This document shows, piece by piece, positions 43,487 through 51,721 of a stretch of DNA of 64,000 nucleotides. The notes beneath the pieces were generated by a model. The model made no database searches and was not told the origin of the DNA. It saw only the letters and a program-made list of their open reading frames with translations. Numbering within the stretch: the stretch's first letter is position 1; each line of letters begins with the position of its first letter. A program made the position numbers and the translations under genes. This DNA is from a bacterium (GTDB lineage Bacteria; Patescibacteriota; Minisyncoccia; UBA6257; GWB1-50-10). The stretch lies in assembly GCA_021814165.1 (NCBI GenBank), contig JAKAIX010000002.1, forward strand, positions 69,371 through 133,370, read 5' to 3'.

Positions 43487-45157
43487 ATGCTTCAATCGAA
43501 AGCGCTCGAAGAACAAGTACGGCGACAAAGGAAGGAGGCGGAAGAGAACGACGCAAAACGCCGCGCCCAAAAACTCGGGCTCCCCTACACGGATCTCATC
43601 TCAACATCGGTTCCGACCGAAATAAAAGCGCTCTCGCTCGTTTCCGAGACGGACGCGAAAAAGGCGTTCCTTGCGCCGCTCCAACTTGTAAAAAAAACGC
43701 TTATCGTCGCGGTCTTCGATTCCGAAAAGCAGGAAACAAAATCGGTGATCGACGAGTTGAAGAAGAAATTTGAGGTGAAGCTTGTAGTGTGTTCGATGAC
43801 CGGCCTCGCACACGCCTGGTCATACTATCAATATGTCGTCCACGAAAAGGAAATTAGCGGACGCGTCGAGATCAACGAGGAGCGCCTCCACTCAATCGAG
43901 GAAACCATTCACAGCCTGGGGGACCTCGAAAAAAACATCCGTGAGTTCAAGAGCCCTTACACCTCGGAAATTTTGGAAATCGTCTTAAGCGGCGCCCTGG
44001 CGCTTCACGCTTCGGACATCCATCTCGAACCCTCGAAAGAAACGGGAGCTCTTCGCCTCCGGATCGACGGGCTTTTACACCTCGCTTACGGCGAGTTCCC
44101 CATCCATACCTATGAGCTTCTCGTTACGAGAATAAAGCTCCTCTCTAATTTAAAACTCAACATTCGTGACGAACCGCAGGACGGCCGCTTCACGATCGGT
44201 CTCAAGGATCGGTCGATTGAAATGCGTACATCGATCATCCCCTCGGAATTCGGTGAGACGGCCGTGCTTCGTCTGCTTGATCCAAAGGCGCTTAAGGTAA
44301 ATCTGGAAGAGCTCGGCTGGCGCGCGGACGATCTCGAAATTGCAAAACGCGCGATTAAAGAGCCAAACGGCCTTATTCTTAATACAGGACCGACCGGATC
44401 GGGAAAAACAACGACGCTGTATGCTTTCCTTACGTACGTCCGGAAGCCCGAAATAAAAATAATTACTATTGAGGATCCGATAGAGTACCATCTGGCCGGC
44501 ATCTCGCAGACACAAGTGGATCCCGACGCGAACTATACGTTTGCGTCCGGTCTCCGATCAATCCTAAGACAGGATCCGAACATTATCCTGGTGGGAGAGA
44601 TTCGCGATAAAGAAACGGCGGAGATTGCCCTGAACGCGTCCTTGACCGGCCATCTCGTATTTTCAACGCTCCACACGAATGACGCGGTGGGTGCTATTCC
44701 GCGACTTATCGATCTCGACATCCAGGGAAACATTTTAGGGCCGTCTTTAAGTCTTATCATCGCTCAACGTCTTGTCCGCGTGCTCTGCCCCAAATGCAAG
44801 ACAAAAAAAGAGCCCGACGAAATACTCAAAAAGAAGGTGAATACCTTCCTTACAAAGCTTCCCTCCCGAGTGGACAGGGCGCCTTATCTTAATTTCACCG
44901 TTTTCGAGTCCAAGGGATGTGCCGAGTGCGGCAATCTCGGGTACCGGGGAAGAACATCGATATTCGAGCTCTTTCCCGTTGACGAGACAATCGAGGAAGC
45001 GATCTATAAAAACCCCACCGAGATAGAACTGAGGCGCTTGGCAAAAAACACCGGAATGGTTACGATGCAAGAAGACGGCGTATTGAAGGCTCTTTTAGGA
45101 ATTACTTCGTTCGATGAGATCGAACGACTTACGGGACCGATTGTGTGGGACAAATAA
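43487..45157 (+). CDS. pilB: Type IV pilus / type II secretion assembly ATPase (PilB/GspE family)
   Basis: Walker A LNTGPTGSGKTTTLYAFL, Asp box, His box, and the C-terminal tetracysteine motif CPKC...CAEC. Confidence 0.8.
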   Translation: MLQSKALEEQVRRQRKEAEENDAKRRAQKLGLPYTDLISTSVPTEIKALSLVSETDAKKAFLAPLQLVKKTLIVAVFDSEKQETKSVIDELKKKFEVKLVVCSMTGLAHAWSYYQYVVHEKEISGRVEINEERLHSIEETIHSLGDLEKNIREFKSPYTSEILEIVLSGALALHASDIHLEPSKETGALRLRIDGLLHLAYGEFPIHTYELLVTRIKLLSNLKLNIRDEPQDGRFTIGLKDRSIEMRTSIIPSEFGETAVLRLLDPKALKVNLEELGWRADDLEIAKRAIKEPNGLILNTGPTGSGKTTTLYAFLTYVRKPEIKIITIEDPIEYHLAGISQTQVDPDANYTFASGLRSILRQDPNIILVGEIRDKETAEIALNASLTGHLVFSTLHTNDAVGAIPRLIDLDIQGNILGPSLSLIIAQRLVRVLCPKCKTKKEPDEILKKKVNTFLTKLPSRVDRAPYLNFTVFESKGCAECGNLGYRGRTSIFELFPVDETIEEAIYKNPTEIELRRLAKNTGMVTMQEDGVLKALLGITSFDEIERLTGPIVWDK

Positions 45158-45474
45158 CACAAAACGAACCCCGAGGGGCTCGTAACGGATCCCGACCGAA
45201 GATCTGTGGACACTTTAGCCAAAGTGAGAGAGGCGTATGTGAGATTCTTTCGAGGAATTACCCAGCCGGAGCCAAGCAACCCGAAGCTGGAAAGATTCTC
45301 CCTGTCCACAGGTCTCCAATCAGGATACGACTGCCATACTAGCACAAACAATTATAAATGTCAATGCCTCTCTGGCGCCTGCGGGTAAGGGGGTACAGGG
45401 AGCCAGATACGAAGGATTTTAAATAAAAACGAGCAATAATTATACTAAGTAGGGGGAGTCAATCCCCAACCGCC

Positions 45475-46479
45475 ATGGATCAGCAAATAAAAAAAACACA
45501 AAAGGAGGATGAGCGAAATCTTGAGCTTCTGCTCCGCCCCACGCGATGGGAGGATTATGTAGGCCAGGAAAAGGTGAAAACAAATCTTCGACTTATCGTC
45601 GAGGCGGCAAAAGGAAGAGGAGAAAGCACCGATCACCTTCTTTTTTACGGTCAGGCGGGGCTTGGAAAAACAACGCTCGCCTATCTTATTGGAAGGGAAA
45701 TGAACGCGAGTGTGCGATCAACATCGGGACCTGCTCTTGAGAAGGCGGGCGACATCGCCGCGCTCTTAAGCAACCTCGAGCCGCACGAGATTCTCTTTAT
45801 CGACGAGATCCACCGCATCAATAAACTTGTGGAGGAAATCCTTTATCCCGCTCTTGAATCGAGAAAACTTCATCTCATCATCGGGAAGGGGCCGACCGCA
45901 AAAACATTTACACTTGATCTTCCCCCCTTCACGGTGATCGGCGCGACAACCAGGGTGAATCTTCTTTCGGCGCCGCTCAGGTCTCGTTTCGGTGCGACGT
46001 TCCGTCTCGATTATTACAACTTCGAGGATGTGGAAAAAATCGTAAAGCGTTCGGCGGAAATCCTCGGGGTGCATATTGCTCCCGGAGCGGTACGCGAGCT
46101 CGCGAAGGCGGCGCGGTTCACGCCGAGAATAGCGAACCGGCTTCTGAAGCGCGCTCGCGATTATGCGCAGGTATACAAAAAACGGGAGATTGACGAAGAG
46201 GTGGTGCAAAAAACACTGGACATGCTCGAGATTGACGAATTGGGGCTTGAGGAGACCGACCGCGAACTCCTAAAAATTATCATCAAAAAGTTCGGTGGGG
46301 GGCCCGTAGGACTGAAAACGCTCGCAGCTTCCCTCAATGAGGAAATGGAGACTATTGAGGAGGTGTATGAGCCTTTTCTTATGAAATTGGGGCTTCTTCA
46401 TAGAACTTCCTCGGGGCGCATCGCAACGGAGCTCGCCTACCAACACCTCAAAATTCCCCGTGATAAGAAACTCCTCTAA
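45475..46479 (+). CDS. ruvB: Holliday junction DNA helicase RuvB
   Basis: LLFYGQAGLGKTTLAYLIGREM (Walker A) and a RuvB-type C-terminal winged helix. Confidence 0.85.
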   Translation: MDQQIKKTQKEDERNLELLLRPTRWEDYVGQEKVKTNLRLIVEAAKGRGESTDHLLFYGQAGLGKTTLAYLIGREMNASVRSTSGPALEKAGDIAALLSNLEPHEILFIDEIHRINKLVEEILYPALESRKLHLIIGKGPTAKTFTLDLPPFTVIGATTRVNLLSAPLRSRFGATFRLDYYNFEDVEKIVKRSAEILGVHIAPGAVRELAKAARFTPRIANRLLKRARDYAQVYKKREIDEEVVQKTLDMLEIDELGLEETDRELLKIIIKKFGGGPVGLKTLAASLNEEMETIEEVYEPFLMKLGLLHRTSSGRIATELAYQHLKIPRDKKLL

Positions 46480-46945
46480 AATGAGGCGCATAACAACGAG
46501 AAGACCAAGCTGTTCTCCCCGAGAAACGAAACAACAGGGCGCTTTTTTCGCAAAAACACTCTTGATGCGGCGCAGCACAACGCCGCTCGTAGTTGCGCTC
46601 CGCGGCGAGCTTGGCTCCGGCAAGACAACGTTTGTCCAGGGCCTTGCCCGGGAACTCGGGGTACGACGAACCATAACAAGCCCCACCTTCCTTATTGTTC
46701 GGCACTATCCCGTCCGCCGAGGAGCCGTTAAACACCTTTTTCATATTGATGCGTATCGTATGAAGAACAAGAAAGAGGTTTCCACCATCGGGTTGCGGGA
46801 GATTTTCTCGACACCAAGGAGTGTCATCGTCGTCGAGTGGCCCGAACGCCTCCACACCAAACTTCCGCGAGGTACCGTACGTGTGACGTTCCGCCACGGT
46901 TCACACGAACGCGAGCGAACATTACGCGTTCCTTCATCCTTATAA
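46460..46945 (+). CDS. tsaE: tRNA threonylcarbamoyladenosine biosynthesis protein TsaE
   Basis: LRGELGSGKTTFVQGLARELGV is the TsaE/YjeE P-loop. Confidence 0.7.
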   Translation: MIRNSSKMRRITTRRPSCSPRETKQQGAFFAKTLLMRRSTTPLVVALRGELGSGKTTFVQGLARELGVRRTITSPTFLIVRHYPVRRGAVKHLFHIDAYRMKNKKEVSTIGLREIFSTPRSVIVVEWPERLHTKLPRGTVRVTFRHGSHERERTLRVPSSL

Positions 46946-49344
46946 TGAAAAAATTTCTTCTTATCGACGCAAACTCGCTGATTCATCGATCGTTTCACGC
47001 GCTTCCTCCTCTTACCTCGCCCGAGGGAAAACCGGTGGGCGCGCTTTACGGCCTCGCCGGAGCCCTTATTAAAATAATAAAAGAGCAGAAGCCGGACTAT
47101 GTCGCGGCGGCGTTCGATCGTCCAGAGCCGACCTTCAGAAAAGAAATGTTTAAGGATTATAAGGCGCATCGCCCGGAAACTCCGGAGGAGCTCGCGGAAC
47201 AACTTAACGAGGCGAGAGCTCTTTTTAGCCGTTTTGGAATCAGGACGTTCGACGAGAAGGGCTTTGAGGCGGACGATATTATCGGCACCTTTGTAAAGCG
47301 ATTCAAAAAGAAGGGTGGCTTGAAAATCATCATCCTTACCGGCGACCTCGACACGCTCCAACTTGTCGACGACGAACGGATTGTGGTCGTAACGCCGAAA
47401 CGCGGCGTGAGCGAGACAATCGAGTATGACGAAACGGCGGTACGCGAACGTTACGGGCTCTCTCCCGGACAAATTCCCGATTACAAGGGTCTTGTAGGAG
47501 ACACATCGGACAATATTCCCGGCATAAAGGGGATAGGACCGAAGACCGCGACAACACTCCTCCAGGAGTTCGGAACAATCGAGAATCTTTTCCGAGATAT
47601 GAAACAAGAGGATAAGCGCGCCCCAAAGGTTCTTCCTTTCAAGGAGATAGCGCTTACTTCAAAAGAACTGGGAACTATTCGCGCTGACGCACACGTCTCT
47701 GCAACACTTCAAGATGTCGCCTGCGATCTGTTTTTCCCGAAAAAGCTGGCGGAATATTTCGAAGCCAAGGGGTTTGTGAGTTTGTTGGGGCGACTTCCTT
47801 CGGTAAAAGACGGGGGGGCACAAAAATCCGAGAGTCCATCCGGGGGCGGGGAACAAGAAATTCAAATTGGCGATACCGATGCCGCGTGGGCGTGGAAACC
47901 GATTTTAAAGGAACGGATAAAGGCGGGCGGACGGATCCCTAAAAAACTTTTTGACTGTTCCGTCGCGGGGTGGCTTCTTGCGCCCGAGGAAACGGACTTT
48001 TCCGAAACAACCCTAAAAAGAAGGTTTTTAAGACGGGGGGGCGACGAGGGCAGCCTCCGCGAGATCGTTCCCGCTCTTATGAGCGCGATAGAAAAAGAGG
48101 GTCTCGCACGAGTGTGTTATGAGATCGAAATGCCGTTGATCGAGGTTTTGGCACATATGGAACTTTGCGGAATACGACTCGATCGAAACAAGCTTGAGAA
48201 GCTTCTCGAGGAAGCGACGCTTGAGCTAAACGGTGCCGCAAAAGAGATATACGGCCATGCGGGCGTGATATTTAACATTAATTCACCCCAACAGGTGGGC
48301 GAGGTGCTTTTTAAAAAACTCGGGGTACGAGACACAAAGATTAAGAGAACGAGAACGGGACGATATTCAACCTCGGAAGAAACACTCTCCTCGCTTAAAG
48401 GAAACAATCCGATCGTCGATCTTCTCCTCTCGTACCGTGAAACGTCAAAAATCAAATCGACGTATCTCGAACCGCTCCTCTCGCTTATTGAAAGCGACGG
48501 ACGCGTTCATACCACATTTATTCAGACCGGGACGTCCACCGGACGGCTTGCTTCCGAGAAACCGAACCTCCAAAACATTCCGCAGGAATCGAAGTGGGCC
48601 CCCGAACTCCGCAATGCGTTTGTTCCGGAGTCCGGTTGGAAATTTTTTTCACTCGATTATTCACAACTGGAGCTTCGCCTCCTCGCTCACATCACGCAAG
48701 ATAAAAATCTGCTTCGTGCGTTTCACGAAGGCGAGGATATTCACACGCTTACTATATCGCGCGTGCTCGGCATATCAAAGGAACGCGTAACGCCGGAGCT
48801 GCGTCGCATCGGGAAGACGCTTAATTTCGGCATAATTTACGGCATGGGACCGAGAGCGTTCGCGAGAACGAGCGGTGTTTCGGTTGAAGACGCCTCCCGT
48901 TTCATTAAAAAGTATTTTGAAGAATTCCCCGATATCAGAAGGTGGCAAGAGTCATCGAGGGAGCAGGTAAAACAAAGGGGATATGCGGAGGATTTTTTGG
49001 GGAGAAAACGATGGTTTTCGAGAAAAATCAACGCGCAAAACCCCGGAGCGTTTGCCGAAATAGAACGGGCGGCGATAAACATGCCGATTCAGGCGCTTGA
49101 GGCGGAGATTGTAAAGATAGCCATGAAAGAAACCTATGATTTCCTGTATAAAAAGGGGTGGCTTACAACAAAAGCAAGGCTACTTTTAAGCATTCACGAC
49201 GAATTGCTCTTCGAAATCCGCGATGATATTCTAAAAGAAGCGAGCGGTCCGCTTAAGGAAATTATGGAGCGTGTTTTCCCGCTTGACGTTCCTCTGGTAG
49301 TTGAGGGCGGCACGGGAACAAGCTGGGGGTCGCTTCGTCTGTAA
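46945..49344 (+). CDS. polA: DNA polymerase I (5'-3' exonuclease + polymerase domains)
   Basis: Start MKKFLLIDANSLIHRSFHAL (FEN/5'-nuclease), HhH2, and the polymerase motifs A (DYSQLELR), B (RRIGKTLNFGIIYG) and C (IHDELLFE). Confidence 0.85.
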   Translation: MKKFLLIDANSLIHRSFHALPPLTSPEGKPVGALYGLAGALIKIIKEQKPDYVAAAFDRPEPTFRKEMFKDYKAHRPETPEELAEQLNEARALFSRFGIRTFDEKGFEADDIIGTFVKRFKKKGGLKIIILTGDLDTLQLVDDERIVVVTPKRGVSETIEYDETAVRERYGLSPGQIPDYKGLVGDTSDNIPGIKGIGPKTATTLLQEFGTIENLFRDMKQEDKRAPKVLPFKEIALTSKELGTIRADAHVSATLQDVACDLFFPKKLAEYFEAKGFVSLLGRLPSVKDGGAQKSESPSGGGEQEIQIGDTDAAWAWKPILKERIKAGGRIPKKLFDCSVAGWLLAPEETDFSETTLKRRFLRRGGDEGSLREIVPALMSAIEKEGLARVCYEIEMPLIEVLAHMELCGIRLDRNKLEKLLEEATLELNGAAKEIYGHAGVIFNINSPQQVGEVLFKKLGVRDTKIKRTRTGRYSTSEETLSSLKGNNPIVDLLLSYRETSKIKSTYLEPLLSLIESDGRVHTTFIQTGTSTGRLASEKPNLQNIPQESKWAPELRNAFVPESGWKFFSLDYSQLELRLLAHITQDKNLLRAFHEGEDIHTLTISRVLGISKERVTPELRRIGKTLNFGIIYGMGPRAFARTSGVSVEDASRFIKKYFEEFPDIRRWQESSREQVKQRGYAEDFLGRKRWFSRKINAQNPGAFAEIERAAINMPIQALEAEIVKIAMKETYDFLYKKGWLTTKARLLLSIHDELLFEIRDDILKEASGPLKEIMERVFPLDVPLVVEGGTGTSWGSLRL

Positions 49345-49370
49345 GACCTTCGCGTAACGCTGGAAAGAAA

Positions 49371-50717
49371 ATGGGAGCAAGCGAACAGAAACAATCTTTT
49401 TCGATGTTTATCCAAGAGATACGAACTTACCTCGGGAAGCGCGGCATGGCGCTTCTTTTGTGCGCTGCGTTCTCGTGGCTCTTTATTCTTCTTCTCTCCG
49501 TGTTTTTTCTCCCCGTCCCCGTTCTCCTATCGGTCGCGCTTCTCCTCGTGTTCGCGTGCGTTTGTATAGCCATCGGATATCGCAACATCGCGCGACTGGG
49601 ATTCGCCGACAAAATAAGGAACACCGAACTTGAGGCGGTGGTAGAAAACATAAGAGACGGCGTTATGGTGTATGATCCGAACTTCAGAATCATTAGCATG
49701 AACCGCGCCGCGGAAGAGGTGTTCGGCCTCTCGGCAAAGGAGGTTGTTGGTACTTTCGTAACTCCCGAGCTCGTGAATAACGCCCATCTCCGCATCCTCG
49801 CCCAAGTAATCTTTCCTTCCCTTGCTCCATCGATTAACGTCACATCAAACGAGTGGCCGCAGGTTATGGATATAACATTCGAGGAGCCGCATCTTGAGCT
49901 TCACACCGTTCTAAACAGAATTGTGGGCAGCGACGGAAGGGTGATTGGTTTTTTAAAACTCATAACCGACACAACAAGGGAGAAGGCTATACTTGCTTCA
50001 AAGAGCGAATTTATCACCGTTGCCGCCCACCAGCTCCGCACGCCCCTCACCGCGCTGAGTTGGATATTTGAAACAATACAGAAGGCGGTGAAAGAAAAAA
50101 ACAACGCCGACCCGACGCTTTCCTCAAACATCCAGGAGGGATGGGGGCTCACCCAACGATCGCTCAGGATTATTAACGACCTTCTCGATGCAGCAAGGAT
50201 CGAGGAGGGAAAATTTGGTTTTCATTTTCAGGACGTTATACTTGCGGAGTTGGTAAAAACGATCTCCGACGAGGCGGTTATTATTGCGAAGGAAAAAGGG
50301 GTGACGGTCCGTTTTTCCACCGGCGCGGCGCGCGACGCGGTGCGAGCGGACCCCGAGCGCCTCGGGATCGCGATAAGCAATCTCGTCGATAACGCCATAA
50401 AATATAATACCAAGGGTGGTTCGGTTGATATAAGCGTGAATCCATCCGCTAATGGGGCCCTCCTCGAGGTGCGCGTCACCGACACGGGGATTGGCATAAA
50501 GAAAGAGGATGTCGCAAAACTATCCCAGAAATTCTATCGGGGAGAGAATGCGACACAGCTCGAACCGAACGGAAGCGGACTTGGAATATACATCGCAAAA
50601 AACATCATCGAACGACATGGAGGGACGATAAGTGTTGTGTCGGAACCCGAGAGAGGGACAACGTTTTCGTTTACCATACCGGTAAAAAATTCTTCCGAAA
50701 GCTCTATCGTACGATGA
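49371..50717 (+). CDS. Sensor histidine kinase (2 TM + PAS + HisKA + HATPase_c), with no adjacent response regulator
   Basis: H-box ITVAAHQLRTPLTAL, N-box VDNAIKYN, and G-boxes DTGIGI...GSGLGI. Confidence 0.75.
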   Translation: MGASEQKQSFSMFIQEIRTYLGKRGMALLLCAAFSWLFILLLSVFFLPVPVLLSVALLLVFACVCIAIGYRNIARLGFADKIRNTELEAVVENIRDGVMVYDPNFRIISMNRAAEEVFGLSAKEVVGTFVTPELVNNAHLRILAQVIFPSLAPSINVTSNEWPQVMDITFEEPHLELHTVLNRIVGSDGRVIGFLKLITDTTREKAILASKSEFITVAAHQLRTPLTALSWIFETIQKAVKEKNNADPTLSSNIQEGWGLTQRSLRIINDLLDAARIEEGKFGFHFQDVILAELVKTISDEAVIIAKEKGVTVRFSTGAARDAVRADPERLGIAISNLVDNAIKYNTKGGSVDISVNPSANGALLEVRVTDTGIGIKKEDVAKLSQKFYRGENATQLEPNGSGLGIYIAKNIIERHGGTISVVSEPERGTTFSFTIPVKNSSESSIVR

Positions 50718-51184
50718 TTATATTAGGAATAGATCCTGGAATAACGAGAGCGGGATATGGCCTGGTGAAGAAAAAACAAGGAGGGCTCGTATATCTCAAG
50801 AGCGGCCTTCTTTCTTCTCCCGACACGAGCGATCATGGCGATCGGCTTCTCGCGCTCGAACGCGGGCTTCGGAACGTTATTAGAACCGCCCGACCCGAAG
50901 TTGTGGGAATGGAAAGATTATATATTACAAAGAATAAAAAGACGGCGGTGCGCGTTGCGGAGGCAAGGGGCGTCATTATAAAACTCCTCTACGAAAAAGG
51001 GCTTCACCTGGAAGAGTTCTCTCCGCCGTCCGTGAAGCTCGCGGTTACTGGAAGTGGGCGCGCCGACAAAAAGGCGGTGGCGAAAATGGTTTCTCTAATT
51101 CTTCATATAAACACTTCAAAGATGCTCGACGACGTGACCGACGCCCTTGCAATAGCAATCGCCACCTCCTCTCTACGTTCTTAA
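50714..51184 (+). CDS. ruvC: Holliday junction resolvase RuvC
   Basis: MIILGIDPGITRAGYGLV... with RuvC-family catalytic acidic residues. Confidence 0.8.
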   Translation: MIILGIDPGITRAGYGLVKKKQGGLVYLKSGLLSSPDTSDHGDRLLALERGLRNVIRTARPEVVGMERLYITKNKKTAVRVAEARGVIIKLLYEKGLHLEEFSPPSVKLAVTGSGRADKKAVAKMVSLILHINTSKMLDDVTDALAIAIATSSLRS

Positions 51185-51475
51185 CACCAATCGGGCTCTT
51201 TCTTCTTCCTTATAAGCACATTAAGGAGGTTTAGGAATCTCCGAGTAAAGACGACGCACACGAGAAATCACGCACCGCCCGAGTTCCCCTGGGCCGAATT
51301 TGCGTGATTTCCGCGTGTGCGAGGACGCGCGAGGAGGATTCCTTCAAGCGAACGTTTCTGCTTATGAGAGAGTGAAAGAAGACGCTCTCCCGCCTATTTG
51401 ACTTTTAAATCTTCTTCCTTATACTATCCGCAATATATCAAAAGGTCGTAATACCAGACGGATTCCAAGAGAATT

Positions 51476-51643
51476 ATGCTCTCCACAGAACTATTAAAAC
51501 CTTCTCTGTTATTGAACTATTCCGACGATGAGGAAGAAGAGGGGGGGGTTGACGCTGGCCTTGGCGAGGAAGAAAACGAAGAGCTTGGCGGAGGCGCGAA
51601 CGACGACGATGAAATAGACGAGTTCGACGACGAAGAACTATAA
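51476..51643 (+). CDS. Small (55 aa) extremely acidic hypothetical protein (Asp/Glu-rich)
   Basis: ATG at 51476 and TAA at 51641. A perfect hairpin terminator follows at 51660-51686, but it is too short for the ORF track. Confidence 0.3.
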   Translation: MLSTELLKPSLLLNYSDDEEEEGGVDAGLGEEENEELGGGANDDDEIDEFDDEEL

Positions 51644-51659
51644 GTCGCTCCTCTTACGG

Positions 51660-51686
51660 CCTCGCGCAATTGCGCGAGGTTTTTGT
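51660..51686 (+). terminator. Rho-independent terminator CCTCGCGCAATTGCGCGAGG + TTTTT
   Basis: A perfect 20-bp palindrome followed by a T-run. Confidence 0.65.
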
Positions 51687-51721
51687 TTGCAATCGGGATA
51701 ATGCGTTATAGAATTACTACC

